A stretch of DNA of 64,000 bases from an uncultured Chloroflexia bacterium (GCA_963728205.1 CAVSIV010000001.1:1-64000), one strand, 5' to 3'. Positions 1 to 10,048 are shown, numbered from the stretch's first letter. Translations and numbers: made by a program. Notes: a model not told the origin generated them from the sequence alone.

Positions 1-4
1 GCCG

Positions 5-1606
5 CTACGGCCGCACGGGCCGCTTCGGCCGCTGCGCCAGCTTCGCGAGCAGCGGCTGCGCGAGCCGCACGAACGTGCACGCGAGCCGCCGCGTCTCGCG
101 GGGGTCGATCAGGTCGATCACGTCGCCGTGGTGCGCCGCGCGGAACGGCGAGCGCAGCCGCAGCAGCCGCTGCTCGATCATCGCGCGGTGCGCGTCCGGG
201 TCCGGCGCCGACTCGATCTCGCGCCGGTACGCCGCCGCCACGCCGCCCTCGATCGGGATGCCGCCCCACTCGCCGGCCGGCCAGCCGAAGCGCAGGTTCA
301 GGCCGTCGGGCTGCCCGATGCTGTGCGCCGCCTCCGCCGCCACCCCGTACGACTTGCGCACCGCGAACTCGATCTTCGGGACCTGCGCCTCGGCGCTCGC
401 GATCAGCGCGCGCACCCCGCGGCGCATCGTCGCCTGCGACTCCGCGCGCGAGCCGAGCATGAATCCCGGCATGTCCAGGAAGATCACCACCGGCAGGTTG
501 AAGGCGTCGCAGAGGTCGACGAAGTGCGCGAACTTGTCGGCGGCGTCGCCGTTCATCGCGCCGGCGAGCACCATCGGGTCGTTGCCGATGACGCCGACGC
601 TGTAGCCGTCGAGCCGCGCGAAGCCGGTGATCAGCGAGCCGCCGTAGTAGCGCCGCATCTCGAAGAACTCGCCGTTGTCCACGACCAGCCGGATCAGCTT
701 CCGCGGGTCGTACCCGCGACGCCGGTCGGCGGGCATGATCGTGAGCAGCTCCTCGGGGCGGCGGTCCGGCGGGTCGCCGGTCTCCACGCGCGGCGCGACG
801 TCGTTCGTCGTGTTCGGCAGGTAGCTCAGGAACGCCTTGATCTGCGCGAAGGCGTCCTCCTCCGACTCCGCTTCGTTGTCGACCTGGCCGCTCTCGTGGA
901 CGTGCCGCTGCGCGCCGCCGAGCGCCTCCTTGTCGAGGTCCTCGCCGAGCGCGCGCCGGACCACCGGCGGGCCCGACGGGAAGATCTGCGACTGGCCCTT
1001 CACCATCACCGTGAAGTGCGACATCAGCGCGTACGCCGCCGGCGCGCCCGCGACGGAGCCCATGATCCCGGCGGCCACGGGCACGCGCGCGAGCAGGTCG
1101 GACAGGATCTTCCACTGCTGCCCGGCGGGCAGGCCCATGTGCCCCGCGGTCTCGTCGGACTTCGAGCTGTGCCCGACGCCCTCGACGAGCTGCACGTAGG
1201 GGATGCCGTACTGCAGCGCGAGCGGCTGCGTGAACTGGCGCGGGCCCTTGTGCACGTTGTGCGGGCTGCCGCCGGAGATCGTGAAGTCGTCGCCGCCGAT
1301 CACGATCGGGCGGCCGGCGACCTCGGCGAGCCCCATCACGTAGGCGCCGGGGACGAACGACGCGAGGTTGCCGTCGGCGTCGTACTCCGCCGCGCCGACG
1401 AGCGGGCCGGCCTCGAGGAACGAGCCGGGATCGGCGAAGCGCTCGATGCGCTCGCGGATGGTGAGGCGTCCGCCGCGGTGCTGGCGCTCGACGCGCTCGG
1501 CCCCGCCGAGCTCGGCGGCGAGGCCCTTGATGTACGCGATCTCGTCGACCGCGTGCTCCCAGCCCATGCCCGGCTTCCAGCTCTCGTGCGCAGCGTCGAT
1601 CGGCAT
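5..1606 (-). CDS. acyl-CoA carboxylase carboxyltransferase (beta) subunit
   Basis: Motifs RLTIRERI, DDFTISGGS, LITGFARLDG, DMPGFMLG, IDPRETR. ATG at 1606 preceded by GGAG. Confidence 0.9.
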   Translation of the reverse strand: MPIDAAHESWKPGMGWEHAVDEIAYIKGLAAELGGAERVERQHRGGRLTIRERIERFADPGSFLEAGPLVGAAEYDADGNLASFVPGAYVMGLAEVAGRPIVIGGDDFTISGGSPHNVHKGPRQFTQPLALQYGIPYVQLVEGVGHSSKSDETAGHMGLPAGQQWKILSDLLARVPVAAGIMGSVAGAPAAYALMSHFTVMVKGQSQIFPSGPPVVRRALGEDLDKEALGGAQRHVHESGQVDNEAESEEDAFAQIKAFLSYLPNTTNDVAPRVETGDPPDRRPEELLTIMPADRRRGYDPRKLIRLVVDNGEFFEMRRYYGGSLITGFARLDGYSVGVIGNDPMVLAGAMNGDAADKFAHFVDLCDAFNLPVVIFLDMPGFMLGSRAESQATMRRGVRALIASAEAQVPKIEFAVRKSYGVAAEAAHSIGQPDGLNLRFGWPAGEWGGIPIEGGVAAAYRREIESAPDPDAHRAMIEQRLLRLRSPFRAAHHGDVIDLIDPRETRRLACTFVRLAQPLLAKLAQRPKRPVRP

Positions 1607-1790
1607 CCACGGCTCCCGGTTCCAGCGGCGGTGGCGATGCGGCGGCGTCGACCCGCCGCGCGGGCGCCGCGACCGGCAGCGTAATCCAGCCCGTCGCGTC
1701 GCGAACGCACGTCGACCACGCTTGTCATCGCCGTGCGGGCCGCTGACAATCCCGCTGCGAACGCCGCTCCGTGCCGCCGGGAGACGCGCC

Positions 1791-4229
1791 ATGCCAACGC
1801 CCCTCGCCGGGCTCGCCGTGCTCGACCTCTCCGAGGGCGTCGCCGGCCCGTTCTGCGCCAAGCTGCTCGGCGACCTCGGCGCCGACGTCTGCAAGGTCGA
1901 GCCGCCCGCCGGCGACCGGGCGCGCCGGCGCGGGCCGTTCCGCGGCGACGGCGTCGACCCCGAGGCGAGCGCGAGCTTCCTCTACCTGAACACGAGCAAG
2001 CGCGGCGTCACGCTCGACCTCGACTCCGCCGCCGGCCGCGCCGACCTCGCGCGGCTGCTCGCGCGGTTCGACATCGTGATCGCGGGCGAGACGGAGGGCG
2101 AGCTGGCCGCGCGCGGCCTCGGCTTCGCGCGGCTGCGGCGCTGGAACCCGCGCGTGATCCTCACGACGGTCTCCGGGTTCGGGTCGACGGGCCCCTGCGC
2201 CGGCTACCGCTGGTCGCACCTCGTCGCGTGCGCGACCGGCGGGTGGACGCACACCTGCGGGTTGCCGGATCGCGAGCCGCTGCAGGCCGGCGGCGCGATC
2301 GCGGAGACGTTGACCGGCGCGTTTGCCGCGGCCGCGACGCTGCTCGCGGCAGAGGGGCGCGCGCGTCACGGCGGAGGCGATCACGTCGACGTCAGCGCGC
2401 AGGAGGCGGTGCTCGCCGCCGCGCTGTTCCCGACGCTCACCTACGAGTACCGCGGCGTCGTGCCGGAGCGGGAGTCGTGGCGCGGGCCCGGGCCGTCGTT
2501 CATGCTGCCGACCGCGGACGGCACCCTCGGCGTGAACGTGCTGACGCTTGCGCAGTGGGGGCTGCTGTGCCAGTTCCTCGGCTGCGGGGACATGCTCGAC
2601 GACCCGCGGTTCCAGGGCGCGGCGCGGCTGCAGCACGCCGGCGCGGCCCGCGACCGCTTCGCGCCGGTGGTCGCGGCGCGCACCGCCGAGGACCTCTTCC
2701 ACGAAGGACAGACGTGGCGCGTGCCGTTCGGGCTCGTGCCCGACCTGCCGGGCATCCTCGAGCTGCCGCCGCACCGCGAGCGCGGCTTCTTCGTCGCGGT
2801 CGATCACCCCGGCGCCGGCACGGTGGAGATGCCGGGGTCGTGGTTCAGGTCGACGGCGATGGCGGCGCGCGTCACGCGGGCGCCGCGGCTCGGCGAGCAC
2901 AACGCCGAGTTGCTCGGGGCGGCGGGCGAGGCGGACGCCCCGGCGACCCCGCCCGCGACCGGGGCCGCCGCGGTCGACCCCCCACCCGACGAGCCGCACA
3001 CTGCCCCGCTGGCCGGCGTGCGCATCGTCGACCTCTCGATGTTCATGTCGGGCCCGATGGCGACGCAGATCTGCGCGGACGCGGGCGCGGAGGTGCTCAA
3101 GGTCGAGTCGGTGCAGCGCATCGACGGCTGGCGTGGGAGCGGCGCGGGTGGCGACGCGCCGTGGGAGCACTCGCCGAACTTCAACTGGGTGAACCGCAAC
3201 AAGACCGGCATCACGCTCAACCTGACCGACCCGCGCGGCAAGGCGCTGCTCGAGCGGCTGGTGGCCGGCGCGGACGTGCTGATCGAGAACTACACGCCGC
3301 GCGTGATGGGCAACTTCGGTCTCGCCTACGACGCGCTGCGCGCGGTGAAGCCCGACCTGATCATGCTGTCGATGCCCGGCTTCGGCGCCGACGTGTCCTG
3401 GCGCGACTACGTGGCGTTCGGGATGTCGACCGAGCAGCTGTCGGGCATCAGCCACCTCACGGGGTACGCGGGCGGCCCGCCGCTGTTCACGAGCATGAAC
3501 GGCGGCGATCCGTTCGTGGGCGTGCTGGCGGCGGTGACGCTGCTCGCCGCGCTGCGCCACCGGGCGCGCACGGGCGAGGGCCAGCACATCGACCTCAGCC
3601 AGGTCGAGGCGTGCACGATGTACATCGGCGACGCGCTCGCCGGCTGGTCGCTGTCGGGCGTCGATCCGGGGCGCTCCGGCAACGGCCATCCGACGGCAGC
3701 GCCGCACGGCACGTACCCCTGCGCGGACGACCGCTGGATCGCGATCGCGTGCCAGGACGACGCGGAGTGGCGGGCGCTCGCGCCGCTGATCGGGCACGCG
3801 GAGTGGGCGGGGGCGGGATCCGCGTACGCGGGCGTCGCGGGCCGGCGCGCCGGCGCCGCGGAGATCGACGCGGCGATTGCCGCGTGGACGCGGTCGCAGC
3901 CGCACCTCGCGCTGATGCGGCGGCTGCAGGAGGCGGGCGTCACGGCGGGCGCAGTCCTGAACGGGCCGGAGCTGCTCGCGGACCCGCACCTCGCGGCGCG
4001 CGGCACGCTGGTCGAGCGGGACCGGCCGGGTGTCGGCGTGAAGCGCTACCCCGGCCAGCCCTACCGGTTCGCGCTCGCGCCGCCGCCGCCGGCGCGCCGC
4101 GCGCCGCTGCTGGGCGAGCACACGCGCGAGGTGCTGTGTGACCTGCTCGGCGTTGGCGCGGAGGAGTATGCCGCGCTCGAGCGCGACGACGTGGTCGGCA
4201 CCGTGCCGCTCGCGGCGCGCGGCGGCTGA
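1791..4229 (+). CDS. double-domain class III CoA-transferase (CaiB/BaiF family)
   Basis: Two CaiB domains (VLDLSEGVAGP..LNTSKR; IVDLSMFMSGP..NRNKTGITLNL..ENY), each ending in APxLGEH. Confidence 0.92.
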   Translation: MPTPLAGLAVLDLSEGVAGPFCAKLLGDLGADVCKVEPPAGDRARRRGPFRGDGVDPEASASFLYLNTSKRGVTLDLDSAAGRADLARLLARFDIVIAGETEGELAARGLGFARLRRWNPRVILTTVSGFGSTGPCAGYRWSHLVACATGGWTHTCGLPDREPLQAGGAIAETLTGAFAAAATLLAAEGRARHGGGDHVDVSAQEAVLAAALFPTLTYEYRGVVPERESWRGPGPSFMLPTADGTLGVNVLTLAQWGLLCQFLGCGDMLDDPRFQGAARLQHAGAARDRFAPVVAARTAEDLFHEGQTWRVPFGLVPDLPGILELPPHRERGFFVAVDHPGAGTVEMPGSWFRSTAMAARVTRAPRLGEHNAELLGAAGEADAPATPPATGAAAVDPPPDEPHTAPLAGVRIVDLSMFMSGPMATQICADAGAEVLKVESVQRIDGWRGSGAGGDAPWEHSPNFNWVNRNKTGITLNLTDPRGKALLERLVAGADVLIENYTPRVMGNFGLAYDALRAVKPDLIMLSMPGFGADVSWRDYVAFGMSTEQLSGISHLTGYAGGPPLFTSMNGGDPFVGVLAAVTLLAALRHRARTGEGQHIDLSQVEACTMYIGDALAGWSLSGVDPGRSGNGHPTAAPHGTYPCADDRWIAIACQDDAEWRALAPLIGHAEWAGAGSAYAGVAGRRAGAAEIDAAIAAWTRSQPHLALMRRLQEAGVTAGAVLNGPELLADPHLAARGTLVERDRPGVGVKRYPGQPYRFALAPPPPARRAPLLGEHTREVLCDLLGVGAEEYAALERDDVVGTVPLAARGG

Positions 4230-4286
4230 GCGCGCGCCGGCTTCGCGCGGAGACGGAGAGGCGAACGGGTGCTCCCCTCGTACCCG

Positions 4287-4416
4287 GTGCCACGTCTGCT
4301 CGCGAGCGGCTACCGGGTGCGGGCAGGCGCCCGCAACCTCGCGATGCTGGAGGCGCGGGTGGCCGGGTGCGGAGCTGGTCCAGGCGGACGTCTTCGACGC
4401 GGCGATCGCTCGAGCG
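4287..4416 (+). pseudogene. remnant of an NAD(P)-binding atypical SDR (YbjT/NmrA-like), N-terminal part
   Basis: Reading across frameshifts gives VPRLLASGYRVRAGARNLAMLEAR-GWPGAELVQADVFDAA. No start codon or GxxGxxG motif. Confidence 0.5.
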
Positions 4417-4541
4417 TGGCGCGCGACCGATCGCGAGGTGACGCGCCGGTTGCCTCGTGGCGAGGATCGCCCCGGCCTCCACCCTGCTTCGATCGCGTCC
4501 GCGCGTTCGAACGTCTGGCGATCGGCGCGACTGCGGTCAGA

Positions 4542-4578
4542 CAGGCAGGGGGCGGGCTCGACGCCCGCCCCCTACCTG
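4542..4578 (-). terminator. GC-rich hairpin downstream of the secreted repeat protein
   Basis: CAGGCAGGGGGCGGGC-TCGAC-GCCCGCCCCCTACCTG inverted repeat about 20 nt past the stop at 4600. Confidence 0.6.
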
Positions 4579-4599
4579 AGCCTTCGACCGGTGCCGGCG

Positions 4600-6519
4600 C
4601 TACTTCAGCGCGACCTCGATCGAGTGCGTCGTCCCGTCGTCCAGGGACACGGAGATCGTGAGCGGCCCGGCCGCCATGCCCTTGGTGCGCAGGTTGAAGA
4701 TGTAATGCCCGTCGGTGTCGTCGTAGCGCGCGACGCCCTGGAGCACGCCGTTCGCGTAGACGCTCGCCACCGCGGTCCCGTCCGGCGCGCCGCTCGCGTC
4801 GGCCAGGCAGAACTTCACCGGAATCGTGGACTTGATCTTGAAGACCTGCACGGGCGTGAGCAGCGGCTGCTCGAACCCGCAGAAGTCGTAGGCGACGGCG
4901 TAGGTCGCGGAGACCGAGGCCATGTTGCCGGCCAGGTCCTCCGCCCCGTCGCACGTCACCGTGACGGAGCCGAGCGGACCGCCCGTGACGGTCGCCACCG
5001 CGTCGGTCGCGACGCCGGACAGCCCGTCCGCGGTCGTGCAGCCGGCCTCGGGGGCACCGCCGACGATGTACGTGGCGCCGTCCGACACGCCGGTGACCGT
5101 CACCACCGGGGCCGTCTCGTCGACGTTGATGTCGGACACGGTCGCCGGGGCGCTGACGTTGCCGGCGAGGTCGGTGCAGGTGCCGCTCGCAGACTGGCCC
5201 GCGCCTTCGCCGAGCACGACGGCCGCGTCACACGAGGCGATCCCGGAGAGCGAGTCGCTGCCCGCGAAGGTCACGGTGACGTCGCTGTTGTTCCAGCCGT
5301 TCGCGTCGGCGTCGGGCGTGCGCGTCGCCGTGGCGCTCGGGGCCGTCTCGTCGACGTTGATGTCGGACACGGTCGCCGGCGCGCTGACGTTGCCGGCGTT
5401 GTCGGTGCAGGTGCCGCTTGCCGACTGGCCCGCGCCCTCGCCGAGCACGACCGCCGCGTCGCACGAAGCGATCCCGGAGAGCGAGTCGCTGCCCGCGAAG
5501 GTCACGGTGACGTCGCTGTTGTTCCAGCCGTTCGCGTTGGCGTCGGGCGTGCGCGTCGCCGTGGCGGTCGGGGCCGTCGCGTCGCGCTGCACCGTCACGC
5601 TCTCGCTGGCGGTGCCGCCCGCGGAGGTCGCCGTGCACGTGAAGGTCGTGCCGGTCGTGTCCGCGGTCACCGCCGTGGCGTCACAACCGGTCGTGGACGT
5701 CACCGCGGAGTCCGCGTCCGTGACCGTCCAGGAGACCGCGACGTCGCTGACGTACCAGCCGTTGTTGCCGAGCGTGCCCGACACGTTCGGGGTGATCACC
5801 GGCGGCGTGCTGTCGCTCGGGATCACCGTGCCGTTCAGGGAGATCACGGCGCTGTCGAGGTTGTTCCCCACGGCGCAGTTGTCCATCTGCGTCACGACCA
5901 CGCGGTTCACCTCGCCCGCGACCATCGCGGACGACATGTCGGTCGTGGACTGCGAGCCGCCGAGATAGATGTAGCTGCCGGGGAACACGTAGCCGCCGGG
6001 GTACACGGAGTTGTAGATGGCGACACGCGCGCCGTCATCCGCGCCGGACATGTTCACGCTGAACTGCGTGATGGACGTCCCCTCTGGGACGCTGACGAAG
6101 CTCTGGAAGAAGGTGTAGTCGGCCGACGCGCCGCAGGCGTAGAAGCCGCCGAGCCGCGACCACTGGTGCATGTTGATGGTGTCGGCGCTGGGGCAGAGCC
6201 CGTTGGAGGGGCCGCAGTCCGACCAGCCCGCGTCGTTCGCGCCCGGGACGCCCGGGCTGGGGATGTAGTTGTAGAACGCGGCGTTCCCCAGCGGGGAGTA
6301 CGCCGGGGTCTGGACGGGCCCGTACGGCCGCGTCACCTGCCACCCTGTGCGTCCGAGCGTCGTCGGACCGGAGGCGTCGACGGAGGTGGGGAACCACGCG
6401 GTCGCGAGCAACGCGAGCGCGACGACGAGCGTCACGCCGGCGAGGCTCGAGAATTTCAGGTGGATGGACGAACGGAAGCCTCTCAAGTAGCCCGGCCCTT
6501 CTGTCACCCCGAGAAGCAA
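4600..6519 (-). CDS. secreted/surface protein with Ig-like tandem repeats and a C-terminal PxKF-type domain
   Basis: N-terminal hydrophobic signal, Thr-rich D..AP repeats, C-terminal FCGFEQPL..KSTIPVKF. TTG start preceded by GGAGG. Confidence 0.75.
   Translation of the reverse strand: MLLGVTEGPGYLRGFRSSIHLKFSSLAGVTLVVALALLATAWFPTSVDASGPTTLGRTGWQVTRPYGPVQTPAYSPLGNAAFYNYIPSPGVPGANDAGWSDCGPSNGLCPSADTINMHQWSRLGGFYACGASADYTFFQSFVSVPEGTSITQFSVNMSGADDGARVAIYNSVYPGGYVFPGSYIYLGGSQSTTDMSSAMVAGEVNRVVVTQMDNCAVGNNLDSAVISLNGTVIPSDSTPPVITPNVSGTLGNNGWYVSDVAVSWTVTDADSAVTSTTGCDATAVTADTTGTTFTCTATSAGGTASESVTVQRDATAPTATATRTPDANANGWNNSDVTVTFAGSDSLSGIASCDAAVVLGEGAGQSASGTCTDNAGNVSAPATVSDINVDETAPSATATRTPDADANGWNNSDVTVTFAGSDSLSGIASCDAAVVLGEGAGQSASGTCTDLAGNVSAPATVSDINVDETAPVVTVTGVSDGATYIVGGAPEAGCTTADGLSGVATDAVATVTGGPLGSVTVTCDGAEDLAGNMASVSATYAVAYDFCGFEQPLLTPVQVFKIKSTIPVKFCLADASGAPDGTAVASVYANGVLQGVARYDDTDGHYIFNLRTKGMAAGPLTISVSLDDGTTHSIEVALK
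5108..5583 (-). repeat. two near-identical 231-bp (77-aa) intragenic tandem repeats
   Basis: GCCGTC anchors at 5111, 5342 and 5573. Unit DxTAPxATATRTPDAxANGWNNSDVTVTFAGSDSLSGIASCD...GTCTDxAGNVSAPATVSDINV. Confidence 0.9.
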
Positions 6520-6678
6520 CCTTGCCTCCCGCGAGTCGGCGCACAGTAAAGGGTCGCCGTCGAATGCGCTAACAATTCCATATCAAAATCACATGAAGAC
6601 ATTAGAGCGTGCGTGGGAGCCGCTCCTGCGCCCCGCGAGTGGCAGGCGGAGCGGCGTTGTATCGCGCCGGACTGCGCC

Positions 6679-6853
6679 TCAGATCGTCTCCCCGCCGTCG
6701 AGCACCACGGTCCGCGCCGGTCGCGAACGAGGCGGCGCCGCTCGCGAGGTAGACGACGGCGCCCGCCACCTCGTCGGCCTCGCCAATGCGGCCGAGCGCG
6801 GTGGCGGCGAGCGTCTGCGCGCGGTTCGCCTCGTCGTCCCAGAGCGCGCGCGA
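6679..6853 (-). pseudogene. duplicated 3' end of the SDR gene at 19634-20398
   Basis: Near-identical to 19634-19807 (SRALWDDE...GRIGEADEVAGAVVYLASGAAS...DGGETI*), with a few substitutions and one extra base. Confidence 0.85.
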
Positions 6854-6878
6854 CGCTCGTCGCGATGCGCCCGCGCGC

Positions 6879-7808
6879 CTAGTACCCGCCCGTCCCCTTC
6901 TCATCGCCCTCGCGACCGGCCACCGCGCGCTCCTTCGGCGCGGTGTCGTAGCGGCCGCGGAAGTCGCGGAACGGCCCGTCGCGCCACTCGAGCGCGGCCT
7001 TCAGGCCCTCCTCGCGCACGTGCCGGCCCCACTCGCCGGCCGCCGGCCGGTTCGCGCTCAGCGCCTGGATCTCGGTGCCGGACCACAGGCCCGTGCGGAT
7101 GCCCATGACCTCGAACTGCCGGTTCACGGCGCGCTTCGAGTACATGAGCATGTCGTTGTCGATGTGCGCCATGCGGCGCGCAAAGCGCTCGGTGAAGTCG
7201 GCGAGCTGGTCGGCCGGCACGGCGTAGTTCGCCCAGCCGAGCCGCTCCATCTCCGTGCCCGAGATCGGGTCGCCCACGTACGCGAACTCGCGCGCCTTCG
7301 CGGGCGGGAGCAGCCAGGGCGCCCACATCATGTCCATCGTCGTCATCGCGCGTACCGGCGGGTACCCGATCTGGGCGTCCTCGGCGACGATGCGGAAGTC
7401 GCAGATCGAGGCCAGCTCGGTGCCGCCGGCGAGGCAGTAGCCGTGGACCTGCGCGATCACCGGCTTCGCCAGCTCCCAGATCGTGAAGTTGGCCATCACC
7501 ACGTGGCGCGACCACTGGCCGGGGCCGGGATGCGTGGTCCCGGTGTCGGGCAGCAGCGAGCGCGGGCTCACGTACGAGGAGTCCGCGCCGGCGGCGCGCG
7601 CGGGGCTGAGGTCGTAGCCCGCGCTGAAGGCGCGGCCGGCGCTGCGCAGGATGATCACGCCCACGTCGGGGTTGGCCTCCGCCTCCTTCATGGCGTCGAA
7701 GACCTCGCCGCGCAGGTTGTTCGACAGCGCGTTCAGCTTCTCCGGGCGGTTCAGCGTCACGAACGCCAGGCGGTCGTCGACCTCGTACAGGATGTCCGCG
7801 TACGTCAC
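6879..7808 (-). CDS. enoyl-CoA hydratase/isomerase (crotonase) family protein
   Basis: TLNRPEKLNAL, AFSAGYDL, KPVIAQVHGYCLAGG. GTG start with GGAGG. Confidence 0.9.
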   Translation of the reverse strand: MTYADILYEVDDRLAFVTLNRPEKLNALSNNLRGEVFDAMKEAEANPDVGVIILRSAGRAFSAGYDLSPARAAGADSSYVSPRSLLPDTGTTHPGPGQWSRHVVMANFTIWELAKPVIAQVHGYCLAGGTELASICDFRIVAEDAQIGYPPVRAMTTMDMMWAPWLLPPAKAREFAYVGDPISGTEMERLGWANYAVPADQLADFTERFARRMAHIDNDMLMYSKRAVNRQFEVMGIRTGLWSGTEIQALSANRPAAGEWGRHVREEGLKAALEWRDGPFRDFRGRYDTAPKERAVAGREGDEKGTGGY

Positions 7809-8074
7809 AGTGCGCCTCCGCTGCAGGGTGTGCATGGTGTGCGGCGTCGTCGGAGCGTCGTCCGATCGGCTCGCCCCGGGGTGAGTGTGCGGGTCCGCTC
7901 CGCGCGGCGCGGGGCGGGTGCTTCGCACCGCTGTGGTTAGTGGCCCCCGCCGCGTGCCGCAATCACGATCCTGATGGACTGGCCCCAAATCGCGTCCATA
8001 GAGTCCCGCGCAGGGGCACCGGGAATTCGGCGCTCCCTACCCCTCCGGCGGCGCTCGAACCCGGTGGTCCCTTC

Positions 8075-9025
8075 GTGCAGCGTTACGTCATTCGACGGCT
8101 CGTCCTCAGTATCCCCGTGCTGCTCATCGTCATGGTGATGACGTTCGGGATGATGCGCCTGGTGCCGGGCGACGTGACGATGGCGCGCATCCAGCAGGCC
8201 GGCGGCTACAACGACCAGGCGCTGCAGGCGCTCCGACACCAGCTCGGCCTCGACCGCTCGCTCCCGACGCAGTTCGTCGAGTGGACGCTCGGGGTGGCGC
8301 ACGGCGACTTCGGCCGCAGCCTCATCACCGACCTGCCGACGCTCGACGCGTTCGCGCAGGCGGCACGCATCACGGTCGAGCTCGCCGTGGTGTCGATCGT
8401 GATCAGCCTGCTCGTCGGCATCCCGATCGGCGTCTACTCCGCCGTGTTCCAGGACACCGCCACCGACTACGTCTTCCGCTTCGTCGCGACGCTCGGCCTC
8501 TCCGTCCCGAACTTCTTCACGGGCACGGCGGTCGTGCTCTTCGCCGCACTCTGGTTCCACTACCAGGCGCCGTACGGGTTCGCGTCGCCGTTCACCGACC
8601 CGTGGACGAACTTCCAGCAGATGATCTTCCCGTCGCTCATCCTGAGCTTTCAGTACGCCGCCGTGACGATGCGCGTCATGCGCACGGTCATGCTCGAGGT
8701 CCTGCGCCAGGACTACGTGCGCACGGCGCGGGCGAAGGGCCTCGACGAGCGCATCGTCATCGTGAAGCACGCGCTGCGGAACGCGCTGATCCCGGTGATC
8801 ACGGTCGTCGCGTCGCAGCTCGCGTTCCTGCTCGGCGGCACGGTGATCGTCGAGACGCTGTTCAGCCTCCCCGGCGTCGGCCTGCTCACGTTCAACGCGA
8901 TCAACGGCCGTGACTACACGCAGGTCCAGACGAACCTGTTCCTGCTCAGCCTGATCGTCGTCTTCGGGAACCTCTTCACCGACCTCACGTACGCGTACCT
9001 CGATCCGCGCGTGAAGTACGAGTGA
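8075..9025 (+). CDS. ABC transporter permease (OppB/DppB family)
   Basis: LGLDRSLPTQF, DYVRTARAKGL..KHALRNA, YLDPRV. Confidence 0.92.
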   Translation: MQRYVIRRLVLSIPVLLIVMVMTFGMMRLVPGDVTMARIQQAGGYNDQALQALRHQLGLDRSLPTQFVEWTLGVAHGDFGRSLITDLPTLDAFAQAARITVELAVVSIVISLLVGIPIGVYSAVFQDTATDYVFRFVATLGLSVPNFFTGTAVVLFAALWFHYQAPYGFASPFTDPWTNFQQMIFPSLILSFQYAAVTMRVMRTVMLEVLRQDYVRTARAKGLDERIVIVKHALRNALIPVITVVASQLAFLLGGTVIVETLFSLPGVGLLTFNAINGRDYTQVQTNLFLLSLIVVFGNLFTDLTYAYLDPRVKYE

Positions 9026-9050
9026 TGGCGGGACGGAACGTGATGCGCCG

Positions 9051-9989
9051 ATGACTTCCGCGACCGCGGCCGAGACGTCCATCGCCTTCGAGCCGGTGCG
9101 CCCCGCGCCCCGTCGCATGTCGCGCCTGGTCGCGCTCGCCCGGCACAAGCCGCTGGGCGCCGTCTCGGGCGTCCTGCTCGTGCTGCTCTGGCTGCTCGCG
9201 GCGTTCGGCCCGGCGCTCACCGCCGGCTCGCTGCGCATCCCGGGCGTGCCGACCTACGACCCGTACACCGCCTTCGTCTCCGGGGCCACGCGGCTGGAGG
9301 CGCCGAGCGCGCAGCACTGGCTCGGCACCGACGCGCTCGGACGCGACGTCCTGTCGCGCGTCGTCTACGGCGCCCGGCTGAGCATGACCATCAGCGCGAT
9401 CGCGACCGCGCTCGGCATCGCCGGCGGCATGACCATCGGGATCATCTCGGGCTACTTCATGGGCTGGTTCGACCTGATCTGGCAGCGCTTCGTCGACGCG
9501 TTCCAGGCGATGCCCGCCCTGATCGTGCTGATGGTGCTGGTCTATGTCCTCAACGCGAACCTCGTGATGGTGATGCTCGCGATCTCGCTGATCACCATCC
9601 CGGTCGGGAGCCGCCTCACGCGCTCGGTCACGATCGCCGCGCGCGAGGAGCAGTACGTGCAGGCGGCGCGGGCGCTGGGCGCGACCGACACGCGCATCGT
9701 CTTCCGGCACATCTACCCGAACGTGATCCCGATCGTGATCGTCGTCGCGGCCGTGAGCCTGGGCGGGAACCTCCTGCTCGAGGCCTCGCTCGCGTTCCTC
9801 GGCCTCGTGAACACGCAGACGCCGGACTGGGGCACGATGCTCAACGGCGGCGCGCGCCAGTACATGCAGGCGCAGATCTGGCTCGCGATCGCGCCCGGCA
9901 TCGCCATCAGCGTCGCGGTCATGGGCTACAACCTGCTCGGCGACGCGCTGCGCGACGTGCTCGACCCGCGACTCAGGGGAACCAGGTGA
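9051..9989 (+). CDS. ABC transporter permease (OppC/DppC family)
   Basis: HWLGTDALGRD..VYGARLS, YVQAARALGA, GDALRDVLDPR. Confidence 0.92.
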   Translation: MTSATAAETSIAFEPVRPAPRRMSRLVALARHKPLGAVSGVLLVLLWLLAAFGPALTAGSLRIPGVPTYDPYTAFVSGATRLEAPSAQHWLGTDALGRDVLSRVVYGARLSMTISAIATALGIAGGMTIGIISGYFMGWFDLIWQRFVDAFQAMPALIVLMVLVYVLNANLVMVMLAISLITIPVGSRLTRSVTIAAREEQYVQAARALGATDTRIVFRHIYPNVIPIVIVVAAVSLGGNLLLEASLAFLGLVNTQTPDWGTMLNGGARQYMQAQIWLAIAPGIAISVAVMGYNLLGDALRDVLDPRLRGTR

Positions 9990-10048
9990 CCGACCGCCCG
10001 ACCGGGCGGGTGGACGAAGCATGTCCGCGTGAGGGGAGTGCGGTGGTG

